Of a stretch of 64,000 nt of DNA, positions 10,233 through 21,298 are shown piece by piece (the first letter of the stretch is position 1; each line of letters starts with the position of its first letter). Source of the stretch: Rhodothermales bacterium. GTDB lineage: Bacteria > Bacteroidota > Rhodothermia > Rhodothermales > VXPQ01. The stretch spans positions 12,543 to 76,542 of the forward strand of contig JBBDTI010000083.1 of the NCBI GenBank assembly GCA_040904565.1. The letters run 5' to 3'. The position numbers and the translations under genes are program-made. The notes under the pieces were generated by a model. It did not search any database. It had not been told where the DNA came from and saw only the letters and a list, made by a program, of their open reading frames with translations.

Positions 10233-11390
10233 GTGAACAGGATGAAGCGATTCTTGCGTAGGCGTTTCGTGCGTAGCGGTGCCGCCGGCATCCTCCTCTC
10301 CGTGCTTGTGCTGGCCGGTGCGATCGTCTCGGGGTGCGGATCAGCAGACTATCGTCCCCGTGCCGTCGGTCAGGAAGGCGAAATCGTCATCGTGATCGAC
10401 TCCACCGACTGGAGTGGTTCGATCGGAGAGGCTATTAAGGGCACGGTTGGTCGGTATATTAAGACGCTTCCAGCCCCCGAACGCCAGTTCGACCTGCGTC
10501 AGGTAGATCTGGTCTCGGAGCGCGACCTGGAGATGGCCCGGCGCCACAAGAACGTCATCTTCGTGGCGTCGCTGAGCGACTCCACGAACGAGGCCCGCTA
10601 CATGAAGAACGTATTCGACTCGACGGCCCAACAGGCGATCCGCGAGGGAGGCGGCACAGCCATATCCCGCGAGAACATTTTCCGGCGAGACCAGCAGGTG
10701 TATTACATCACCGGCGTCGACACGGACGACGTGGTGGACGTCATCGAGAGCCGGTCAGACGAACTTTCGCGAGCCTTCAACACGATCACGCGTCGCCGGC
10801 TCGAAGCCGACATGTTCGATCGGGGGCGACAGCACGAGATTGAGGACTACCTGATGGAGGAGCACGGCTTCGCCGTCAACGTGCAGCACGACTACCAGGT
10901 CGCCATCGACACGACGAACTTCATCTGGCTTCGACGCATTCTACCGGAAACGTGGCGCAGCCTCTTTATTTACTACGTCGATAATGCCGATCCCGCCCAG
11001 CTGGACCCCGAATGGGTGCTGGCAACGCGGGACTCGCTGACGCGCGAGCACGTTCAGGGGAATCTGGGGGGATGGGTCGAGGTGGACCGACGCGACATTC
11101 AGCCTCTCGAGAGCGAAAATATCGGTTTTCTGGGTCGCTACGGGTTCGAGACCCGGGGCCTCTGGCAGATGGTCGGCCTCGAAGGCGGCGAGCTTATTCA
11201 ATTCGGCATGGGCGGACCGTTCCTGAACTATTCCTTCTACGACCGAGAGACGGGGCGCCTCTACATGATCGACGGGATGGTCTTCGCACCCGGATACAAC
11301 AAGCGCGAATTTCTCCGTCAACTCGAAGTCATCGCTCATACGTTCCGGACGCGGGAGGAAGCGCAGCCGGCCGTCGCTCGCAGCGAATAG
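10233..11390 (+). CDS. DUF4837-family lipoprotein
   Basis: Lipobox IVSGC; ETRGLW..MGGPF and FAPG..KR..LRQLE C-terminal motifs characteristic of this Bacteroidota family. Confidence 0.75.
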   Translation: MNRMKRFLRRRFVRSGAAGILLSVLVLAGAIVSGCGSADYRPRAVGQEGEIVIVIDSTDWSGSIGEAIKGTVGRYIKTLPAPERQFDLRQVDLVSERDLEMARRHKNVIFVASLSDSTNEARYMKNVFDSTAQQAIREGGGTAISRENIFRRDQQVYYITGVDTDDVVDVIESRSDELSRAFNTITRRRLEADMFDRGRQHEIEDYLMEEHGFAVNVQHDYQVAIDTTNFIWLRRILPETWRSLFIYYVDNADPAQLDPEWVLATRDSLTREHVQGNLGGWVEVDRRDIQPLESENIGFLGRYGFETRGLWQMVGLEGGELIQFGMGGPFLNYSFYDRETGRLYMIDGMVFAPGYNKREFLRQLEVIAHTFRTREEAQPAVARSE

Positions 11391-11466
11391 CCGGGCCTCC
11401 CGTTGTGCCGGCCGTTCGAGCAAGGCACGACTCCTTATCATCAGACATACGATACGTTTAGAATAC

Positions 11467-12396
11467 ATGGCAACCGACACCCAGATCGCCGAAACCACGG
11501 TTGATGACGTCGACGGGGAACAGCCCGTACTGAAGCTTGGCCTTCCGAAGGGAAGCCTGCAGACGTCGACCTTCGAACTTTTAGCCAAAGCCGGATTCAA
11601 CTTCTCCGTCAGCAAGCGCTCGTATTTTCCCTCGACGGATGATGAAGAGTTGACCGCCATGCTCGTACGCGCTCAGGAGATGGCGCGCTACGTGATGGAC
11701 GGCGTGTTCGATGCCGGCATTACCGGAAAGGACTGGGTCATCGAAACGGATGCGGACGTACACCCCGTCGCCGATCTGATTTATTCCAAGGCCAGCATGC
11801 GACCGGTTCGCTGGGTACTGGCCGCTCCGGAGACGTCCGACATTCATTCCGTGAAGGATCTCGAAGGTAAGCGCATCGCGACGGAGGTCGTTAATATTAC
11901 GAGGAAGTGGCTGGCCCGGAACGACGTCGAGGCCGAAGTGGAATTTTCCTGGGGTGCCACGGAGGCGAAATGCCCCGATCTCGTCGATGCCATTGTTGAA
12001 GTGACGGAAACCGGTTCCTCGCTGCGCGCCAATCAGCTGCGCATTGTCGAAGTGCTGATGGAGTCAAACACCCAGCTCATCGCCAATAAGGAGGCGTGGG
12101 AAAATCCGTGGAAGCGTCGCAAGATCGAAAGCATCGCCATGCTGATGCAGGGCGCTATACGAGCTGAGGGTCGCGTAGGGCTTAAGCTGAATGCCCGCAG
12201 CCAGGATGCCGAGCGTATCATCAACGTGCTCCCCGCACTCAGGCGTCCGACCGTCTCCTCGCTCGCCAACGGCGACGATTGGGTTGCTATCGAGACCGTG
12301 ATCGAAGAGCGGCAGGTTCGGCGCCTCATACCCGAGCTGAAGCGTGCGGGCGCGGAAGGCATCATCGAATACGAGCTGAATAAAATTATCCCCTAG
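11467..12396 (+). CDS. hisG: ATP phosphoribosyltransferase (long form)
   Basis: [37 protein letters not shown] and C-terminal LK.AGAEGI regulatory domain. Confidence 0.96.
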   Translation: MATDTQIAETTVDDVDGEQPVLKLGLPKGSLQTSTFELLAKAGFNFSVSKRSYFPSTDDEELTAMLVRAQEMARYVMDGVFDAGITGKDWVIETDADVHPVADLIYSKASMRPVRWVLAAPETSDIHSVKDLEGKRIATEVVNITRKWLARNDVEAEVEFSWGATEAKCPDLVDAIVEVTETGSSLRANQLRIVEVLMESNTQLIANKEAWENPWKRRKIESIAMLMQGAIRAEGRVGLKLNARSQDAERIINVLPALRRPTVSSLANGDDWVAIETVIEERQVRRLIPELKRAGAEGIIEYELNKIIP

Positions 12397-12397
12397 C

Positions 12398-12913
12398 GTG
12401 CCCCGAGCATCAGCCACCGGCGCGCACCGCGCACCGGATCACAGGAGTGATCCGGCCGCAGACCGCGTGACAGGCGGCACGACGGCCTGCACAACGGACC
12501 GCACCTTAGACCGTACCGTTCGCCGGAGGACGGGTCGCACCGGTGACCGGTCGCTTCGGGTTCTAGCGGCCACCTGGGTCCTTGTATTGACGCTTGCCGC
12601 GTGCGGCAGTGAGCGGCGGAACGCGCCCGTGGCCGATACGACGATGGTCGACGTGCTGGTAGAGCTTCACCTTCTGAATGCGCGCGAGGAAACGCAGGGG
12701 CGGCCGCTCCTGAGAGCACGCGACTCCCTCTTCTCTAGATATGGCATCGACAGCACCGCCTATGCGGAGGCCGTGACGTATTACGCCGATCGGCCAGGCG
12801 AGTACGGAGACGTTTATGGTCGCGTCGTCGATGAACTGGCTTCCTCGCCTGTTCCGATCACGTATCCGGACTCCGCGTCGCCGCCTCCAGGGCTGACTCC
12901 GCCTTTTCCGTAA
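12398..12913 (+). CDS. DUF4296-like lipoprotein (true start probably downstream)
   Basis: Lipobox LAAC; MVDVLVELHL, YGIDST.Y and YY..P..Y..VY..V pattern. Confidence 0.65.
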   Translation: MPRASATGAHRAPDHRSDPAADRVTGGTTACTTDRTLDRTVRRRTGRTGDRSLRVLAATWVLVLTLAACGSERRNAPVADTTMVDVLVELHLLNAREETQGRPLLRARDSLFSRYGIDSTAYAEAVTYYADRPGEYGDVYGRVVDELASSPVPITYPDSASPPPGLTPPFP

Positions 12914-14831
12914 GCTCGAAAGAGCTCCCCAGGGGACTGACCTGGCGAAGATACGCCTCGTTGAGAAGCCAGGTGATGAGTCGGTCGACACGATACGCCG
13001 GAGGATCGTCGCCGTCGAACCATGCGCTCCGGGGCTTCTTCTTTGAGATCTGACGCAGTATGTGACGCACGACGGGCCGATCCGTCGCCGTCGGCACGTA
13101 CGGTTCGTGGCGGCCCAGGCACACGTCGCAGCTCCCGCATCGCTCCGGTGCATCCTCTCCGAAATACGTAAGCAGGAATCGTCTTCGACACACGTCCTCA
13201 CGGGCGTACCGGATCATGTCATCCAGTCTCGCCTCCGCCCTCTTGCGAGCACGCCGGACTCGATCACCGTCGACCGGGAGCTTACCGGCACGCGCGTGCA
13301 ACAGCTCAAGTCGCATCCCTCTATCCGGTGCCATCCAGTCGAACAGATCGTGCGCGCGAAAATAGTCCAACCCCCGGAGCAAGCGTGCCCGATCCAGGCT
13401 CGTCCGACGTTTCAGAAGCCGCAGGTCGATCTCCCACCAGTCCGAAAATGCGTCGGCGTGCACGGTCCGAAGCAGCTCGTTGAGAAAGGAGCGCAGCGCG
13501 TCGTTCGACAGGCGGGCGGCGTAATCACGTACGTTGCCCGCCGTCTGGGTGAACCGAATGAGACCGTAGTGCTTCCGGACCGGCAGGACTCTCCACGCCC
13601 CTTCCTGCTCGATGAACTGCACGGCCGTTCTGATCTTGCCCGCCGAGAAACCGGTCAGCTTCGACACGGCCTGAGGCCGCACGACGACCGGTCCGGCGGG
13701 TTCGGCTCCGACGGCGATCTGCGCCAGGCTGCACACGGCCTCGTATACGCTGCGGACCTCTTTCGCCGACGGATGCCCCTCGTCGATCAGAAGTCGGGGC
13801 GTCTCCTCGTCGCTCGGATGATAGAGGAGAATGGCATACGAGGTACGTCCATCACGCCCGGCCCGGCCGGCCTCCTGATAATAACCTTCCAGCGTACCTG
13901 GAAGGTCGACGTGAATGACGAAACGCACGTTCGATTTGTCGATACCCATGCCGAAGGCGTTCGTGGCCACCATGACACGCTGCTCACCGGCGATCCAGCT
14001 CTCCTGCATGCGCTCGCGAACCTCCCCGTTCATTCCTCCGTGATAGGCCGCCGCCGAAATACTCCTTCTGTTCAACCATCGAGCCCAATCCTCTACGCTC
14101 TTTCGCGTAGCCGCATACACGATGCCGGGACCTCGTACGCTGTCCAGCACGTCGACCACCTTCGACCGCTTGTTCTCCGTCTGAAAGACGGACCAGACCA
14201 CGTTGGGCCGATCGAAGCCTCGAACGAGAACGGCCGGCCGGCGGAGCTCGAGATACCGGAGAATGTCCTTTCGAACGTGCGGCGTGGCCGTGGCCGTTAC
14301 GGCCATCGTCGGCGGATCACCCATGTACTTTCTCGCCTCTGCGATCTCCAGATAGGCAGGCCGAAAGTTATGCCCCCACTCCGAGATGCAGTGTGCTTCG
14401 TCGACGGCCAGGAGCGATATCTTCATCCGAGCTGCTCGCGCGAGAAACAGCTCGGAGTTCAAGCGCTCGGGTGCGACGTAGAGCAATTGGTACCGTCCGT
14501 GCTCCGCGTCCGTCCACCGCTGATCGATCTCCCTTCGCGTCAACGAACTGTTGATGAACGCCGCTTCGATCCCGTGGGCTCTGAGGGCGGCAACCTGGTC
14601 CTGCATCAGCGCGATGAGTGGAGATATGACGAGGGTCAGGCCATCTCGCAGCAGTGAGGGGATCTGGTAGCAGACGGACTTTCCGCCTCCCGTTGGGAGA
14701 ATGGCGAGCACGTCTCGATCCTCAAGGATGTGTTCGATGATCTCCCATTGCCCCGGCCTGAAGTCAGGGTGACCCCAGTGAGTACGCAGCGCGTCACGCG
14801 CCTCCTCATATGTCGGCTTTCGTGCAGTCAC
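12858..14831 (-). CDS. recQ: RecQ-family ATP-dependent DNA helicase
   Basis: PTGGGKS, DEAHCISEWGHNFRP, ATNAFGMGIDK, QEAGRAGRDG and zinc-binding CRR..CGSCDVC motifs. Confidence 0.95.
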   Translation of the reverse strand: MTARKPTYEEARDALRTHWGHPDFRPGQWEIIEHILEDRDVLAILPTGGGKSVCYQIPSLLRDGLTLVISPLIALMQDQVAALRAHGIEAAFINSSLTRREIDQRWTDAEHGRYQLLYVAPERLNSELFLARAARMKISLLAVDEAHCISEWGHNFRPAYLEIAEARKYMGDPPTMAVTATATPHVRKDILRYLELRRPAVLVRGFDRPNVVWSVFQTENKRSKVVDVLDSVRGPGIVYAATRKSVEDWARWLNRRSISAAAYHGGMNGEVRERMQESWIAGEQRVMVATNAFGMGIDKSNVRFVIHVDLPGTLEGYYQEAGRAGRDGRTSYAILLYHPSDEETPRLLIDEGHPSAKEVRSVYEAVCSLAQIAVGAEPAGPVVVRPQAVSKLTGFSAGKIRTAVQFIEQEGAWRVLPVRKHYGLIRFTQTAGNVRDYAARLSNDALRSFLNELLRTVHADAFSDWWEIDLRLLKRRTSLDRARLLRGLDYFRAHDLFDWMAPDRGMRLELLHARAGKLPVDGDRVRRARKRAEARLDDMIRYAREDVCRRRFLLTYFGEDAPERCGSCDVCLGRHEPYVPTATDRPVVRHILRQISKKKPRSAWFDGDDPPAYRVDRLITWLLNEAYLRQVSPLGSSFELTEKAESALEAATRSPDT

Positions 14832-14913
14832 GTTGAATCGAACGATATGGTTTGCCGGACGTTCGGAGAACGCTTAAAATCAACATCCTATCGTCGGGAC
14901 GCCTCTTGACGGC

Positions 14914-15990
14914 GTGACCTCTCATAATACGGCCGAAGAACTCGAAGCCCAATTCGCCATGCCGGACGACCGTCCCCGCGTTTCCATCATCATCGTCACA
15001 TGGAATGCCCTCCCCCTGCTAAAGAAGTGCCTGCCGTCCGTAGCAGCAACGTCGTACGATGACCTGGAGATCATCGTCGCCGACAATGCATCCTCTGATG
15101 GTTCGGCCGAGTGGATTGAAGCGACATTTCCCGACGTCACCATCGTACGTCATCCTGAAAATTGGATGTTTTGTCGCGGGAATAACGCAGCCATTCCGGA
15201 GGCGACGGGTAAGTACGTCGTCCTGCTCAATAACGACGTCGAGGTACCGCGGAACTGGCTCGATCCGCTCGTCGAAGCACTCGAAACGCATGACGACATT
15301 GGTGCCGTACAGCCCAAGCTGCTTCAGTATGACGACCGGTCTCGCTTCGAATACGCAGGGGCCAGTGGTGGTTTTCTCGATCGGTATGGATATCCCTTTA
15401 CGAGGGGCCGCATCTTCTTCGAGGTCGAGGTCGATGGCGGACAGTACGACGATCCGTCCGACATTTTTTGGGCTACGGGGGCTGCCCTGATGCTTCGCCG
15501 CTCGGCACTCGACGAGGTCGGACTCCTGGACGAGCGCTTCACGATGCACATGGAGGAGATCGACCTCTGCTGGCGTCTCCGACGAGCCGGCTACCGGATC
15601 CGCGTCGTGCCGGCAAGTAAGGTATATCACATCGGAGGCGGCTCGCTGCCTCAGGGAAACACCCGCAAGGTATATCTCAATTTTCGAAACAGCCTCCTGC
15701 TCCTCTACAAGCACCTTCCCGTCGCGGAATGGCGGCGCGTGTTCGCCTTCCGATGCGCACTCGACGCTGCGGCTGCTGCTCGCGCTCTCGCAGCCGGTCG
15801 GCCCGTAGAGGCCGCAGCTATCATGCGCGCCTATACCGACGCGCACCGGATGAAGGGCGACTACGACGACATCCGGCCGGCAGATGAGGAGGATACCGTA
15901 CTGCCGACCTACAGGCGATCCATCGTGATCGACTACTTTCTCCGGGGCCGCAGGCGTTTTTCCGATCTTCCGACGGATGCGTTCACCTGA
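14914..15990 (+). CDS. Glycosyltransferase family 2
   Basis: SIIIVTWN, DNASSDGS, LLNND, EEIDLCWR and VYHIGG motifs. Confidence 0.92.
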   Translation: MTSHNTAEELEAQFAMPDDRPRVSIIIVTWNALPLLKKCLPSVAATSYDDLEIIVADNASSDGSAEWIEATFPDVTIVRHPENWMFCRGNNAAIPEATGKYVVLLNNDVEVPRNWLDPLVEALETHDDIGAVQPKLLQYDDRSRFEYAGASGGFLDRYGYPFTRGRIFFEVEVDGGQYDDPSDIFWATGAALMLRRSALDEVGLLDERFTMHMEEIDLCWRLRRAGYRIRVVPASKVYHIGGGSLPQGNTRKVYLNFRNSLLLLYKHLPVAEWRRVFAFRCALDAAAAARALAAGRPVEAAAIMRAYTDAHRMKGDYDDIRPADEEDTVLPTYRRSIVIDYFLRGRRRFSDLPTDAFT

Positions 15991-16041
15991 GCACTGCGAG
16001 ATCACACGGGATTAGAGGCCCGTTGAAGAACCAACGGCCCG

Positions 16042-16965
16042 TTAGTCCACTGCAGGTATTGCCGCCCGGTCCCGGCGCCGGGCACGAATGGCGAAGGCGA
16101 TGGCACAGAGCACCACGACCATGCCGGAGATGGCCAAAGCTCCCGGCACCTCGTCAAACAGTACGAATGCAAGTATCGAAGCGGCGACCGGTTCGATGAG
16201 AGAAAGCAATCCCAGCATCGCAGCAGGCATGTACCGGATCGCATAATTGAAGGAGCCGTGTCCGAATAGCTGCGGCCCTACCGCCATGGCCAGGCAGAGC
16301 AAGTAGAACGAAGGGCTAAAGCCGAGCAGCGGGGTATCCAGAGCTATCGCGGCGATGAGCGCCGTGAGCCCGGCAACCGCATAGAGCGGAAAAACATAGG
16401 CGACCCACGATGTCTTCTGTCTTACGACCCGTCCGACCAGCAGGTAGATGCTGAATACGAGGGACGCCGTGAGGGCGAGCGAGTTGCCGAGAAGCGGGGC
16501 CCGCGCGGACTCACCTGATGCGTCGCCGAGTCCGATGAGCACCGCCCCGGCGACGGCCAGAAGGATGGCCGACGTGACGCGTCTCGAAAGCCTTTCATCC
16601 AGAAATACGTACCCCAGAATGGCGAGGAATATGGGGGCCGTCGTAACCAGAACGGACGCGCTCGCGACGGTCGTATGATAGAGCGATTCGATCCACGTCA
16701 CGAAATGAATCCCCAGCAGGACGCCGGCAACGGATATCAGCAGCAGGTCCCGCCGATTCAGCTCCCGCAGTTCGTCACGCGACCGGACAAGAGCCACGGG
16801 AAGGAGAAGGACGGCTGCGATCGTCGTCCGCCAGACGGCGATGGTCAGTCCGGGCGCTTCCGAGGCGAAACGCACCAGAATGGGACTGATGGAGAAGCTG
16901 CAGAGTCCGAAAACGAGTACCCAGTAGACAGAACGCGGTCTTTCCTCCATCTCACGTGCCGACAT
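16042..16965 (-). CDS. DMT/EamA family transporter
   Basis: About ten hydrophobic segments with internal duplication; EPV..ILA..LF.E motif. Confidence 0.9.
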   Translation of the reverse strand: MSAREMEERPRSVYWVLVFGLCSFSISPILVRFASEAPGLTIAVWRTTIAAVLLLPVALVRSRDELRELNRRDLLLISVAGVLLGIHFVTWIESLYHTTVASASVLVTTAPIFLAILGYVFLDERLSRRVTSAILLAVAGAVLIGLGDASGESARAPLLGNSLALTASLVFSIYLLVGRVVRQKTSWVAYVFPLYAVAGLTALIAAIALDTPLLGFSPSFYLLCLAMAVGPQLFGHGSFNYAIRYMPAAMLGLLSLIEPVAASILAFVLFDEVPGALAISGMVVVLCAIAFAIRARRRDRAAIPAVD

Positions 16966-16976
16966 GATCGTCCTAC

Positions 16977-17396
16977 CTATCGCAACCGGTCCATAGAACG
17001 AACCAGCTCGATGTCTGCCCTGATACCCCTTCGTGCCAGATAAAAGAACAGATACGCGAGGAACGGCATGCCGATCGCGGCCGCACGTCCCACCGCGCCG
17101 CTCCCGACGAGGTCCAGAGATCCGGCAAGCATCATCCCGGACACGAGCAAGACGATGACGATCAGATCCAGTACCTGCGTTACGAGCACCAGCTTCTGCT
17201 GCAATGGACGGTTCTCGTAAAGAAAGATGGTGATCACGGCTAGAATAGCCGTTGCAGCGCCCGAGGCGATCAGGCCGGGCCGGAACCAGATCAGGGATTC
17301 CGCGGCCCTACCGTTCAGCACGCCGTCCAGCGTGAACATGACGGACAACGCGACAGCTCCGAGAAGAAGATAGAGGGATTGTTTGCGTTGGATCAT
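16977..17396 (-). CDS. DUF4293-family membrane protein
   Basis: N-terminal MIQRKQSLYLL and C-terminal ARRGIRADIELVRSMDRLR. Confidence 0.85.
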   Translation of the reverse strand: MIQRKQSLYLLLGAVALSVMFTLDGVLNGRAAESLIWFRPGLIASGAATAILAVITIFLYENRPLQQKLVLVTQVLDLIVIVLLVSGMMLAGSLDLVGSGAVGRAAAIGMPFLAYLFFYLARRGIRADIELVRSMDRLR

Positions 17397-17546
17397 CTCT
17401 CCAGGAGAAATCTGAGGGTCAATGGAACGGCATATTGAAGCAGGTGAGCGCGTCCGTCAAGGAGGCAGGGGGCGAAATGGTGCGCTTTGGATCGGTCGGA
17501 CAGCCCACCGGTACGGGCGGCAGCCTTCGGCGCCTGCAGCGTCCGG

Positions 17547-18575
17547 TCATGCGGCCTCCTCCATAAGGCGCGCCACGCGTGACGCGACGTGCGCCCCGAA
17601 GTCCGTCGTCGACGCCGTTCCCCCAAGGTCACGCGTCAGGCACGCACCTTCGTCAAACGTATCGTACAATGCAGACCGCACGGCATCGGCCGGACCGTGT
17701 TCGCCGAGGTGCCGAAGCATCATTTCCGCCGACCGCAAGAGGGCCGTCGGATTCGCGATATTCTGTCCGGCGATATCCGGCGCACTTCCGTGAACGGCCT
17801 CGAAGACGGCACATTCATCACCCAAATTCGCTCCGGCCACCACACCAAGTCCGCCAACGAGCCCGGCGCACAGATCGCTCAGGATGTCACCGAAAAGGTT
17901 CGTCGTAACGATACAGTCGTAGTTCTGAGGGCGCATGACGAGCTGCATGCACATGTTGTCTATGATACGATCGTTGAACTCGATGTCCGGGTAGTCCGCC
18001 GCGATCTCTTCCCCGATGCGAAGAAACATCCCCGACGTAACTTTAAGAATGTTCGCCTTATGGGCCAGCGTGACCATGTGACGACCATGCGCGGCCGCAT
18101 ATTCGAAGCAAAAGCGGATGATACGCTCCGTGCCCGCGCGCGTTACGCGGGCCGTCGCGTCAGCAATTTCCAGACGCTCGTCGTAGGTCTCTATCCCCGA
18201 ATAGAGCCCCTCGGTATTCTCACGAAAGATCACGAGATCGACATTCTTGAACGGACCGGCCACTCCTGGAAGTGTGTTGCATGGGCGAACGTTGGCAAAC
18301 AGATCGAGCTTCTGGCGAAGCTGGACGTTCACGCTCTTGAAGCCTTCCCCCACCGGCGTCGTGACCGGACCTTTTAACGCCACGCGGTTGGCACGAATCG
18401 AGTCGATCACCACTTCCGGCAGCGGTTCACCCATCTTCTTCAGCGAAGCCTCACCCACGCTCTCGAGTAGATCCCATTCGAAGTCGAGCCCCGTTGCCTC
18501 GAGCACGTTTAGCGTCGCCTGGGTGACTTCCGGACCGATACCATCTCCCGGAATCAGTGATATGCGATAGGCCAT
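17547..18575 (-). CDS. Isocitrate/isopropylmalate dehydrogenase family protein (probable NAD-dependent isocitrate dehydrogenase)
   Basis: IPGDGIGPEV, LKGP.TTP, SVNVQLR, RENTEGLY, NLFGDILSD and FEAVHGSAPDIAG motifs; start taken at ATG 18575. Confidence 0.9.
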   Translation of the reverse strand: MAYRISLIPGDGIGPEVTQATLNVLEATGLDFEWDLLESVGEASLKKMGEPLPEVVIDSIRANRVALKGPVTTPVGEGFKSVNVQLRQKLDLFANVRPCNTLPGVAGPFKNVDLVIFRENTEGLYSGIETYDERLEIADATARVTRAGTERIIRFCFEYAAAHGRHMVTLAHKANILKVTSGMFLRIGEEIAADYPDIEFNDRIIDNMCMQLVMRPQNYDCIVTTNLFGDILSDLCAGLVGGLGVVAGANLGDECAVFEAVHGSAPDIAGQNIANPTALLRSAEMMLRHLGEHGPADAVRSALYDTFDEGACLTRDLGGTASTTDFGAHVASRVARLMEEAA

Positions 18576-18733
18576 GGTATTCTCGTGTCGAAGTAGTACA
18601 TGTTCGAATGCCGCAACAAGATAACGGGTCGCCGACGCCTCAATCGTATATACTCTGTAAAATAGAAGGGGCGCAGGACACGTGGTAGCGCGAACGGACG
18701 CTACGATCCGCGCCGTCGTCGCCATGAAACGAC

Positions 18734-18760
18734 AAAAGCCTCGCCGTAAACGACGAGGCT
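18734..18760 (-). terminator. Intrinsic terminator after the exbBD cluster
   Basis: On the minus strand: agcctcgtcgt..acggcgaggc hairpin followed by TTTT. Confidence 0.65.
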
Positions 18761-18811
18761 CTGTCTCTTAAGCAATATGGATGACGCAAACCGTCGGAAA
18801 TCCCGGTAGAC

Positions 18812-19267
18812 TCAACCGGTCTGCTCGGTACGACTGGAGTAGTTTATCCGTAGCGTACCGGCTTCACGAAGCTCCTGCTGTACGTCCGTCACGATGCCCA
18901 TGGACGCCTCCTGATCCACGCGGAGGGACACGATGAGCCTCGGCTGATCGAGCAGCTTCCGGTACATCACACTTCGGATGGTCTGAATGTCTTCAATCAG
19001 CGCATCGTCGATTTGTATGGCCGTTTCACCGAGCTGATTGTTGCCAAGCCTGCGAGGGCCGATATAGACATACGATACGAGCCGCTTCTGCTCGATCTTC
19101 GTCAGCGCCTCGGCCTGCGGAAGCGTCGTACGCACCTGGATTTCCTGCTCGCGCAGCACCGTCGTCACCATAAAGAAGATGATGAGCATAAAGATGATGT
19201 CCGGCATGGACGCCATCGGAATCGACGGCTGCGACTTGGCGCTTTTCTTCTGAAAATGTGTAGACAT
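18812..19267 (-). CDS. exbD: Biopolymer transport protein ExbD
   Basis: IPMASMPDIIFMLIIFFMVTT TM motif. Confidence 0.9.
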   Translation of the reverse strand: MSTHFQKKSAKSQPSIPMASMPDIIFMLIIFFMVTTVLREQEIQVRTTLPQAEALTKIEQKRLVSYVYIGPRRLGNNQLGETAIQIDDALIEDIQTIRSVMYRKLLDQPRLIVSLRVDQEASMGIVTDVQQELREAGTLRINYSSRTEQTG

Positions 19268-19331
19268 GAAACTCTAGTCGCTTAATGGATTCCTCATCCG
19301 TGTAGATCGGCGCGTTCCGCGCGAACCTCAC

Positions 19332-19892
19332 TTACCCTTCCGGCTCCGCGATGGAGATCTGGGCCTTGATCTTCTCGCGGATGGCGTTCTCTTCGTCGTT
19401 CTCGTCGATGTAGTCCTTATAAGCGTCGTAACTCGGGAATCCCATCGAACGCGCTTCGGAATCCCACATCTCGAAATACGCCATCCAGATCTCGTCGAGC
19501 ACGTTGATGTAGGTATCGTACGGCGTCTCGCGGTCCGTCTTTAAGGACACGATGGCCATTTCCATCGACTCGGCGTAATTAGGATCTTCGCCTTCGTTGA
19601 GCGTGTGTTTCTTGACCTCATCCCGCACCATGGGTACGGACGCCGGACGCTCCTCGATCAATACCTGACCTTGAGCATTGACGAGAATCTTGAGCATGTT
19701 CCGCTCCCGTACGGGCGGCGGCTCCTGATCCTCTTCGAGTTTCGGAGGCAGCGTCATGCCGATACCCGTATCGACATTAATCGTCGTCGTCACGAGAAAG
19801 AAAATGAGCAGTAGAAACGCGATGTCCGCCATGGACGCGGTCGGAATCTCTCCCCCCTCTCTCTTTTTCTTCTTCTTAAGCAGTCCAGCCAT
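19332..19892 (-). CDS. exbD: Biopolymer transport protein ExbD (second paralog)
   Basis: IPTASMADIAFLLLIFFLVTT TM motif. Confidence 0.9.
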   Translation of the reverse strand: MAGLLKKKKKREGGEIPTASMADIAFLLLIFFLVTTTINVDTGIGMTLPPKLEEDQEPPPVRERNMLKILVNAQGQVLIEERPASVPMVRDEVKKHTLNEGEDPNYAESMEMAIVSLKTDRETPYDTYINVLDEIWMAYFEMWDSEARSMGFPSYDAYKDYIDENDEENAIREKIKAQISIAEPEG

Positions 19893-19992
19893 GATGCTCT
19901 AAAATATCTAACGGAAAACGCTGTACGACGGAATGGGAATGTGGACAGCCGGGCGTCATGCGCCCGATGCTCTCCGCGAGCCCGCCGTGATA

Positions 19993-20265
19993 TCAGGTAA
20001 ACAGGCCTCTAATGCCGGACAGCAGCAAACCTACGGCAGCGAGTCCGAACATCGCAACAACCGTCCAGATGCCGGCCACGGCCCAGTCGCCGAGCACGAA
20101 ACCCAGCACGGCTAGCAGTACGATCGGTATGAGAATGATGCCCCCGGTTACCGGGTTGATTTTGCCGTGGATGATACTCTTCACACCGAAGAGGGCCATC
20201 CCGAGGATGCCGAGCCCCATGATAATGAGGGCGGCCCAGATTGCGTATGGAACTATCGTGTTCAT
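19993..20265 (-). CDS. Small membrane protein within the exbBD operon
   Basis: 90 aa, three hydrophobic helices, co-oriented between exbB and exbD. Confidence 0.8.
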   Translation of the reverse strand: MNTIVPYAIWAALIIMGLGILGMALFGVKSIIHGKINPVTGGIILIPIVLLAVLGFVLGDWAVAGIWTVVAMFGLAAVGLLLSGIRGLFT

Positions 20266-20284
20266 CGTATGCGGGGTTTACGGA

Positions 20285-21040
20285 TTAAGAGGTCGTCGTA
20301 TCCGGGCCTGTCTGCTCGGTCTCGGACGTTCGCTTGCGAACGGTCTCCGACGTGATAGAGCGCCCTGACTCGAGCAACACAAGCGAATCGATCAATTCGA
20401 TGGAGGCATCTTCCATCTCTACGACGATGCGATCAATTTTGGAGACGGCATAATTGTAGAAGAACTGGAGGATGATCGCCACGATGAGGCCGAACGCCGT
20501 CGTAAGAAGGGCGATCTTAATACCCCCGGCCACGAGACTCGGCGAAATATCACCGGCCGACTCAATGGCGTCGAACGCCGCGATCATACCGACGACCGTG
20601 CCGAGGAATCCGAGCATGGGAGCGAGGCTGATAAAGAGCGACAGCCAGACGAGGCCGCGTTCCAGAAAGCTCATTTCAATCGAACCATACGATACGACGG
20701 CCTTCTCGACGGCCTCGATCCCCTCATCCGCCCGAAGCAGACCGGCCTGAAACACGGAGGCAACGGGACCGCGGGTCGTAGCGCACGTCTCTTCTGCCGC
20801 CGTGATGCCGCCTTCATCGAGAGCACGCTTCACATCGACGATGAACTTACGCGTGTTGATATCGGCACGATTGAGCGTGATGATGCGTTCGAAAGCGATT
20901 GCAAGCCCAATGATCAAACAGATGAGCACAGGCCACATCCACGGACCGCCCTCGTTGAATCGCTCGACAAGGACATTGATAACACCGTCTGCACCTGCTG
21001 CCTCTTGCAGGAGCAGCATCATCAGGGTGAGAAGCTTCAT
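20285..21040 (-). CDS. exbB: MotA/TolQ/ExbB proton channel protein
   Basis: APMLGFLGTVVGMI.AF and GGI..ALLTTA.GL motifs. Confidence 0.92.
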   Translation of the reverse strand: MKLLTLMMLLLQEAAGADGVINVLVERFNEGGPWMWPVLICLIIGLAIAFERIITLNRADINTRKFIVDVKRALDEGGITAAEETCATTRGPVASVFQAGLLRADEGIEAVEKAVVSYGSIEMSFLERGLVWLSLFISLAPMLGFLGTVVGMIAAFDAIESAGDISPSLVAGGIKIALLTTAFGLIVAIILQFFYNYAVSKIDRIVVEMEDASIELIDSLVLLESGRSITSETVRKRTSETEQTGPDTTTS

Positions 21041-21298
21041 GGACTAGTTCCTCCGAAAAAAAAGATGTTTGCTGTTACCTAGAAAGAATTTGGGTCGTGC
21101 GGCCGATCCATGATACGGACAAAATATAACGGATGTCCGCCTTGAATCGCCATGGTGAGACGCTCGTGCCGGTATCGCCGCACCGGCAAAGTATACCCAT
21201 AATGGGCAGGATTGTCAACGAGCGCCGGATCCGCGAACGCGCGAAACCGGCAAGCTAGCGCCGCTGCGGCATCGGACTCATCCCGGCTCTGGATCCCA

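Noticed and set aside
11391-11466. His leader or attenuator before hisG
   Set aside because: No His-codon run and no terminator in the 76-nt gap.
12858-12913. Convergent 3' overlaps (recQ/DUF4296, 56 nt; histidine kinase/SLC13 at 52891-52929)
   Set aside because: Short tail-to-tail overlaps are common in compact GC-rich genomes, with no sign of special function.
13062-14657. Long antisense ORFs (531 aa here; also 53101-54666, 41996-43216, 37027-38166 and others)
   Set aside because: They shadow well-supported genes on the opposite strand, as expected at high GC, and show no recognisable motifs.
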